NCBI GenBank assembly: GCA_951406725.2 | Contig: OX597815.1 | Location: 138,818,001-138,882,000 of the forward strand | DNA: 64,000 bases | Direction of reading: 5' to 3' | Source of the DNA: Octopus vulgaris | Lineage: Eukaryota | Part shown: positions 56,806-64,000 of the stretch, piece by piece | How the letters are laid out: each line of letters begins with the position of its first letter | Numbering within the stretch: position 1 is the stretch's first letter | Made by a program: the position numbers and the translations under genes | Notes under the pieces: model-generated | Told to the model about the DNA's origin: nothing | The model's database searches: none | Seen by the model: the letters and a program-made list of their open reading frames with translations, nothing else

Positions 56806-58609
56806 GCTTATACTTTACTACATCTCATTATTGTTCTTTGAGGGGATATCTGTTTAATCAGTTCTGCATAAACGGGGGAAAATGCTATATTTGTCATAAC
56901 ATACAAACAGTTTAAGTGTCACAACAAGTAGTCATGACGAAAAGAATTGTATTGTAATAAGTCGTAGTTTATGTTTACTGCCACCTCAACGGTCGTTGTT
57001 TAGGTTTTTTGAATTTTATATTTTTCTCAGTTCTTTTAATTACTATGAAATAAATAGATTAAATATGATTTAACCATTAAAGTTAAATTCTGAATACTAT
57101 GATGTAGCTATGTAGGGAATATATTCTACCACTCACAGAACTGATACAAATAAACCAAAGTGGCGCTTATTCAAAGGGACTCTCAACTTTGCTTAACATT
57201 AAAAACTCTGAATTCCGTAACAGGTGATAACAGTCGCTACATAAACTTATAGTTGCTGAAACAGAAGACGCCAGATAAATAAGAGGAAGTATGAATACAA
57301 TTCCTTTGCTTTCATATTTATGCGCACTATGTTATTACTAAAACCTGAAACCGAGAGAAAATAGTTTGAACAGAACAGAGACAACGCTTTTCGCATGCAT
57401 TCAAAATTTCTGAAACATCCGTAGATGCATTTGCATTATTTTTAAAAAATCAAACTTCAGTATGGACGCATACCATGGGATGGAATTAGTAAGAAATAAA
57501 AACAATTAGTTTGAGATAATTTTTTATGTTTAGTAATCAAAAATGAAATGCTGTATCGATCTACCATACATGAGGAAACATATATTTAAAATTCCATAAG
57601 AAACTATTACGTTTGAAATATTTACTTAAATGCTGACATATTTTATGAACCAAAAACATCGATAATAAAAGTTTGCCTAAAGCGAAATGCAACTAATTAC
57701 AAGTGGCGTCAAATACAGAGAAGTCTGCCAAAACCAGACAGAAAGGCAAATAACAAAGGTCTGGTTACACAAGCTATTTCTATGATTTTTCAATACATTG
57801 GTGAAATCATCGGTCTTTAATTTCCGAGATTTGAGCACGGACAATGACCATTCATTTCCTATTAGCGTTTGCTTGCCGACACGTTCTTTATACAATATAC
57901 AATGGCTCCATGAAGCCTCTAGATTAAAGTAAATAAAGTTTAAATTACGTACGTCTAGGGGAATTTGTCTTTTCCGGATTTCTGTGAATGCTTTTCATTA
58001 CTCTTCCATCTTTATTGTGACCTTTCCACATTTACTGCATGACAGGAATTTGTTTTCTTTGTTATAAGCATTTTCAACTATAAATTCCCTAATGGTAATA
58101 GCTACACAGATTGGGAGAAGAATTAATAATAATTGAGAACAATATTTTGCTAACAAATCGAATTAATTCTTTTTTTACGGGAACGTTTATTTTTGTTATG
58201 AGTAAAGAGTCCATTTATCGGTTAACTTTAACATTGCGCGTGAATGAAAATCTAGCATTAAAATCAAGTGAAAATTTCTGAATTGTGCAATATTTAGGAA
58301 AGCTAAGTATTTTCGACTCTTTAGACAATGATTGTTGCTCTCTCTTAATCAGAGAGCTGTATTAAAACCATAACTTAATCCAGATATAACTCAGACAGGG
58401 ATTCAAATTAGACAAATTTCACTTATGTATTAAAAAGAGTTAAAAGCCATTAGTGTAGAATTTGTAAAATGTTTGCGTTATTGATCAGTGCAATACTTTA
58501 ATACTTTCGGATGTGTATCCATGTACGTTCAGAATTGATTCTCATTATTCTTTTCAGAACCAGTATTGCAGTATCGGAGAAATTAGAAGTAATCAATCTC
58601 TACTTATAA

Positions 58610-58728
58610 TAACTAGAAAATCACTCGGAGAGCGCAGACCTCCGCCAAACAGGTCATTTCCACCCATATACACGCAAGCTGAAAATCGCCCAATTCACCA
58701 AACCAACGCCGGCAAAAACATAACCTCA
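58610..58728. mobile_element. Deleted Helentron-like (HINE-type) element
   Basis: aactagaaaatcactcggagagcgcagacctccgccaa...aaaacataacctc; shares its subterminal motif with 59503-59886. Confidence 0.5.
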
Positions 58729-59199
58729 CATACTTATCTCCACCATCGTCATCATCATCACTGTCTCTGTTTTCCGAGATTGTTGCAGATTTTTGATTTT
58801 TCTAATTTCGGAGTGCTTTATTAAGAAAACAAAATTGCATCTACAAGACGGACTAGTTTGAGGATAGAAACCAGGTCTAAACACAATAGCTTATAGACAT
58901 ACTCTGAATGTAGTTCAATATAAATCTTTAATAATGTTTTTTTATTCTTAAGACCATCAGAAATGTTAAAATATCAGCCTCTACCCACGTTGTCATGATT
59001 TGATAAAAATGTTACAGCATAGATTGGTAGAAGAATTAGATAAGTTTCGGCCGAAGTGACTTGGGCCATATCTAATTTAATAGCACCACCTGGAAGAGAT
59101 ACCCAGTCAGATCTGGGGAACCGTAGCCCTTTCAAGCAGAGTGTTATTGTTTTCAGAGACATATCTGTGTGTAGGTGGTTTATTTGGCATTTGTTGGAG

Positions 59200-59495
59200 G
59201 TAATCATCTAGGGATCATTTGAATGTCGTGAAGTCACTTTCCTCCATTATGTGTGTCTGGCACGATGTTGAAGAGAGCAGGGCCAATTGAGTTCTGTCAT
59301 AGTGTTGTGATACGGCACGAACATTTTTGTTGTGAACGGATGACACGAGGGCTAAGCCTCGGACGAATTTTAAAGATGGGTAATGTTGATGGAATATTTT
59401 CCAAATCATACAGAAGATATAGAGCTCACAACGGCAGTAAAGGGAGCACAGCCTGAGCTTTTTGAGTCGATCCCAATAGTCAAGGATTATCATGT
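59200..59495 (-). mobile_element. CR1/L2-type LINE 3' fragment
   Basis: LDYWDRLKKLRLCSLYCRCELYIFCMIWKI, homologous to YWKRPKRFRRYFLERRRERYAVIYILKI at 62.3 kb. Confidence 0.75.
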
Positions 59496-59502
59496 AATCC
59501 TT

Positions 59503-59886
59503 TGCAGATCTCCGCCAAGCAGCTCATTTTAAGATAGATATGCGAGTAAAATTACTTATAGAGAAGCGAAAATAAACTTTGGAAACAGCAACGCCACCAT
59601 AGGTTACGTAGAAACGATGAAGCGTTTTCAAGGGAGATAATCAAAGAACGTAGCATTGTAATATTTCATTTAAAGTAAATATAACAAATGAAAAATCCTT
59701 AAAGAATCCATAGAAATTCCCGGATCCCTACCAAAATGTCATCATCTGTTCTTTGTGTTATTCCAACTTTTCCTGTAAGTTTCATCAAATACCATTTACA
59801 ACTTTTTGAGTTATTTTGTACACAGACGGACAGACGGACAAACCATCGCCGATGAAAACATAATCTGCTTCCTTGACGGAGGTAAT
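59503..59886. mobile_element. Helentron-like (HINE-type) element with subterminal inverted repeats
   Basis: ctccgccaag (~59510) versus cttgacggag (~59872); (GACA)-type microsatellite near the end. Confidence 0.55.
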
Positions 59887-60186
59887 GATACATGCATGTA
59901 TACATACATACATACAGACAGACAGACAGACAGACAGACAGGCAGACAGACAGTCAGACAGACAGACACGCATACACGCACGCACGCACATACATACGTA
60001 CATATATGTTCATCTGTGTATAATTTATTCATATGAACTTTAAGATTGATTATATTTCGGAGGATGATAAGCCATATAATTAAATTATGTAACACTGCAT
60101 CTTACAACACATAGAGGACGTAACTGAATTTAATTCCATTAAATGCACACACACACATACACACTCGCGCGCGCATACATTTATGT

Positions 60187-60223
<37 letters not shown>

Positions 60224-60274
60224 CATAAAAGGTAACAGAATAGGTTTTATAGAAGAAAATACAGAACTCAAAGC

Positions 60275-60420
60275 ATGTATACATTATTTACATTGTTTAA
60301 AATTGACGGATATTTGTCCTCATCTTGTTTGTTGTTAACACAACGTTTCGGCTCCAGTCTTCATCAGATGTCTTGGGGGAAATTTCGAACCTGGGTTCTC
60401 ATTCCTAAGGTATTCTTCCA

Positions 60421-60457
<37 letters not shown>

Positions 60458-61058
60458 CAGGAGTGGCTGTGTGGTAAGTAGCTTACTAACCAACCACATG
60501 GTTCCGGGTTCAGTCCCACTGCGTGGCATCTTGGGCAAGTGTCTTCTGCTATAGCCCCGGGCCGACCAATGCCTTGTGAGTGGATTTGGTAGACGGAAAC
60601 TGAAAGAAGCCTGTCGTATATATGTGTATATATATATATATATGTATGTGTGTGTTTGTGTCTGTATTTGTCCCCCTAGCATCGCTTGACAACCGATGCT
60701 TGTGTGTTTACGTCCCCGTCACTTAGCGGTTCGGCAAAAAAGAGACCGATAGAATAAGTACTGGGCTTACAAAGAATAAGTCCCGGGGTCGAGTTGCTCG
60801 ATTAAAGGCGGTGCTCCAGCATGGCCGCAGTCAAATGACTGAAAACAAGTAAAAGAGTAAGCCACTGCCTGGAATCGAACTCGGAATCTTGTGGTTAGTA
60901 GTCCGCGCTCTTAACCTCTATGTCATAGGCTCCTGGTGAAGGCTGGAGGGTATATCAGCCGCAACGTTGTGTTAACAACAAACATGAGGAGAACAAATAT
61001 CCATCAATTGTAAATAATGTAAATAATGTACATAATTCCTCATCTTTTAAATATAGAA
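60275..61058 (-). mobile_element. tRNA-headed, hammerhead-tailed element with PLE-style inverted ends, interrupted by a SINE C
   Basis: Inverted arms 60275-60367 / 60933-61033; minus-strand tRNA-like head 60861-60929; (TAA)n spacer; HHR-like motif 60337-60372. Confidence 0.7.
60458..60860 (+). mobile_element. SINE family C, full length
   Basis: A box tggctgtgtggt, B box ggttcagtccc, internal TA/TG tract, tail aaggcggtgctccagcatggccgcagtcaaatgactgaaaacaagtaaaag. Confidence 0.92.
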
Positions 61059-61304
61059 TCAATGCGTGTATTTTTGAGAGTGTGTGTATGTGTGTGCGTG
61101 TGTGTGTGTGTGTGTGTGTGCGTGTGCGCGTGTGTTGTGTGAGTGTTTATGGATGTATATAAGTAAAGGCGCGTGGTTTAGTGATTTCGTTGTTGCAATC
61201 ACGAATGCAAGATCATGGTTTTCAGTCTCAGACGCGACAGTATGTCGTATTCTTGAGGTTTCACGAATAACACGACCTATTCATAGACGAGATCGCAGAG
61301 TCAG

Positions 61305-62640
61305 TTGATACCCAAAACTATAGGCCTATTTGTTTAACCTAGCCTATCAGCAAAGTCATGGAACGGATAGCTTGCGGGAAATTAATCACGTTCCTTGGAG
61401 AAAATGATTTGCTAACTGGCATCCGACGTGGTATCCAGCCAAGAGAAAATTGCCTGACACACCTCTTACAACACTATGACTGGGTGTTGATATATTTACT
61501 TAGCCACTCAAATATGAAGGTGATATATTTCAGCTTTACGAAGGTCTTCGATAAACTCGATCATGGAGTGATATATCACAAACTGCGTGATCTCGGCATA
61601 GCTGGAAATCTAGGAGAGTGGCTACATGATCTTCGCACTGATAGAAATCAGGTTGTAGTAGTCAAAGGCTGTTGCCGCAGTCCAACGACAAGGAAACGCA
61701 AACACTGTGTGATATCCCGTGGAGGAGTGACTTGGTCCACTACTGTCCATAATGACCATCTCAGAATTGCTCTCATTCACACAGTGAGGCTCCCTGAGAA
61801 GCTATGTAGATGAGTCAATAGTCTCAAGCGTAATACAAAAACCTTGGATGATGTCTTGCACCTGCAACAAAATTTAGATGCAATATACAAGTAGACTGAC
61901 GACAATAATAAGCAGTTAAATGCTGGAAAGTTCCATATCCTATGCTATTAGCAAAGTTAAAAGCTATGCATACAAAATGCATTGTCCTGAAAGGGTCACA
62001 GTTCCTGAATCCCAATCAGTGTGTGGCCTCATATGAGTAATGACACATCCTTCCATGTGCATATCACTAAATTAGCAATGAAATTAGCAGGCGGCTGACC
62101 GGGTGGATTCTTAGAACTTTCAGTACAGGAGGGCAGGAAATCATGATGGTGTTCTGGATAACATTTGTCCAAACCCATCTTGACTATTGCTCCCATAGTG
62201 TTAAATTAATAGCGAAACGCAAAGAAGTCCAGGGAAGCTATACGAATATAATCTTCATGCAGCAAATTATTTACTGGAAAAGACCCAAGAGGTTTAGACG
62301 TTACTTCCTGGAACGAAGGCGAGAAAGATATGCTGTAATATATATCCTGAAGATCCGATAAGGACTTGTCCCAAACTTTGTAAATGATACAAACAGATGA
62401 ACGGGGTGCCATTGCATAAGGCCTAAAATTCCTTACCGTTAAAATATTGGGTCAGATACTGCAATGGGGGCTGAGAGACGTACACGGTATGGATGCGGAT
62501 GTCTTTAAAACAAAACTGAACGTCCTACTTTCAAAATACCCAGATGAGCCAACTTCACAGTAGAAAGTGGGAATGAGGGCAGCATCATCAAACTCTTTCA
62601 TTTTCACTAAATGCCAATTATTAAAGGAAGATTAATGAAG
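61305..62640 (+). mobile_element. Decayed CR1/L2-type LINE, RT to 3' end
   Basis: NYRPI, SKVMERI, CLTHLLQHYD, VIYFSFTKVFDKLDHG, LGPLL, YVDE (YADD-like) and HLDYCS. (CAT)n tract at 62698-62750. Confidence 0.88.
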
Positions 62641-63245
62641 GCCTAGTTTCAGCTCAAAGCTGGTGTTGCAGTCTAATGCCAGAAGCAAGTTAAAGAAATC
62701 ATCATCATCACCATATTCATCATCACCGTCATCATTATGATTATCGTCATCATTATTATTAACCTGCCTGATTTTGAACTTTTCGTTTGAGGATTGTTTT
62801 TGGCTAAAATGGATAAAGCTAAAATTAATGAGTTTTAGACAAATATCTTAGTTGTAAATATTTGTAGTAGTTATCTATTCTTACACCTAAATTGTCTTTC
62901 ATTAGCACGGTTGTGCTCTATCACCATGCTACTTTCAATCCATATATTTTCATCATGCAATCCAAGTACTGGCACTATTTTTAACTTAACGTTTTTACCA
63001 TAACTTAAAACGTTGCATCACTATAAAATGGGCAGTAGACATACACAGATTCCAGTTTAGATTGAAGATCATGAAATATAAAATAAGTGAGTGACTTGTA
63101 TCGTTATTCATCATTGGTTACTTCGTTATTTAGATTTTATTGAAATAAAGAAAAAAAAATGAAAAAAGCTTACAAGAGAAAGAACAAAAAGGTAATATCT
63201 AACAAAAATGCAATCTGACAGGTGTACGCTTCCTGAATTTCTATT

Positions 63246-63281
<36 letters not shown>

Positions 63282-63558
63282 TCACATCAACATCATAACG
63301 AAATGACGTTAACTCAGGACTATATAGATATCTTTCTCTCTCTACACACACTCAGACACATACACGCACACGCGCACACAGACACAGACACAGACACACA
63401 CATACACACACACACACACAAACAAACACATATAGAGCCACAGAGAAAAGAAAAGTTTTATGCATAGGGAAATATATATGTGTATAATTATATATATATA
63501 CATATATATACGCATACACACATATATGTACCTGTATTTCTTATCTATTTGTGTATGA

Positions 63559-63611
<53 letters not shown>

Positions 63612-63890
63612 TGTGTGAGTGTGTGTGAGTGTGTGTGTACACAAATGCACTCTGTATTTTTCATCAATACTTGCATATGCCTCTTTTTCTATCTAAATCA
63701 AATTCACTGATATATGTATATGAAATTTTATCTCACAGAATGTTCACATATCTATGTGTACGTAATTTTCAATATGTATGTGTACATAAACATGATTTAT
63801 ATGTGTAGCTAAAACTGATTTTATATACATATCAATATTTATGTATCATCTCTACCTATACATCTCTCTGTCTGTCTTTCTGTATATATT

Positions 63891-63935
<45 letters not shown>

Positions 63936-64000
63936 CTGTGTGTGCATACATTGTTGTAATCTATAATTAATTTTCTGCCTTAGTTTTAATTTCAGAGTTC

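Noticed and set aside
57677-58040. 72-aa minus-strand ORF and an adjacent short frame with splice-like ends
   Set aside because: The implied intron is only ~34 nt and no domain is recognisable.

Overview
AT-rich, microsatellite-dense eukaryotic intronic or intergenic DNA. The SINE heads, tails and repeat mix strongly resemble an Octopus (coleoid cephalopod) genome; this is recalled similarity, not a database search. No intact cellular gene is recognisable, and most ORF-track entries are microsatellite artefacts. The window is a mosaic of decayed transposons: three tRNA-derived SINE families, R4/Dong-type (restriction-like endonuclease) LINEs in microsatellites, RTE and CR1/L2 LINE remnants, three Tc1/mariner remnants, non-autonomous Helitron/Helentron elements, and many Penelope-like elements (PLEs). 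The main unannotated signal is about 15 type-I hammerhead-ribozyme (HHR)-like motifs, mostly inside inverted-repeat PLE-type modules. Highlights: (i) a tRNA-headed, HHR-tailed element that looks like a PLE-mobilised SINE or retrozyme (60.3-61.0 kb); (ii) a fold-back repeat with three HHRs carrying a compensatory U3-A8 core pair (14.9-15.3 kb); (iii) a 2.5-kb HHR-bearing inverted-repeat element with unexplained repeated cargo (17.6-20.1 kb); (iv) a chimeric retrocopy of an unspliced, intron-containing pre-tRNA-Met fused to a SINE tail with a 15-bp target-site duplication (50.1 kb). All alignments and folds were done by eye, and the boundaries of decayed elements are approximate.
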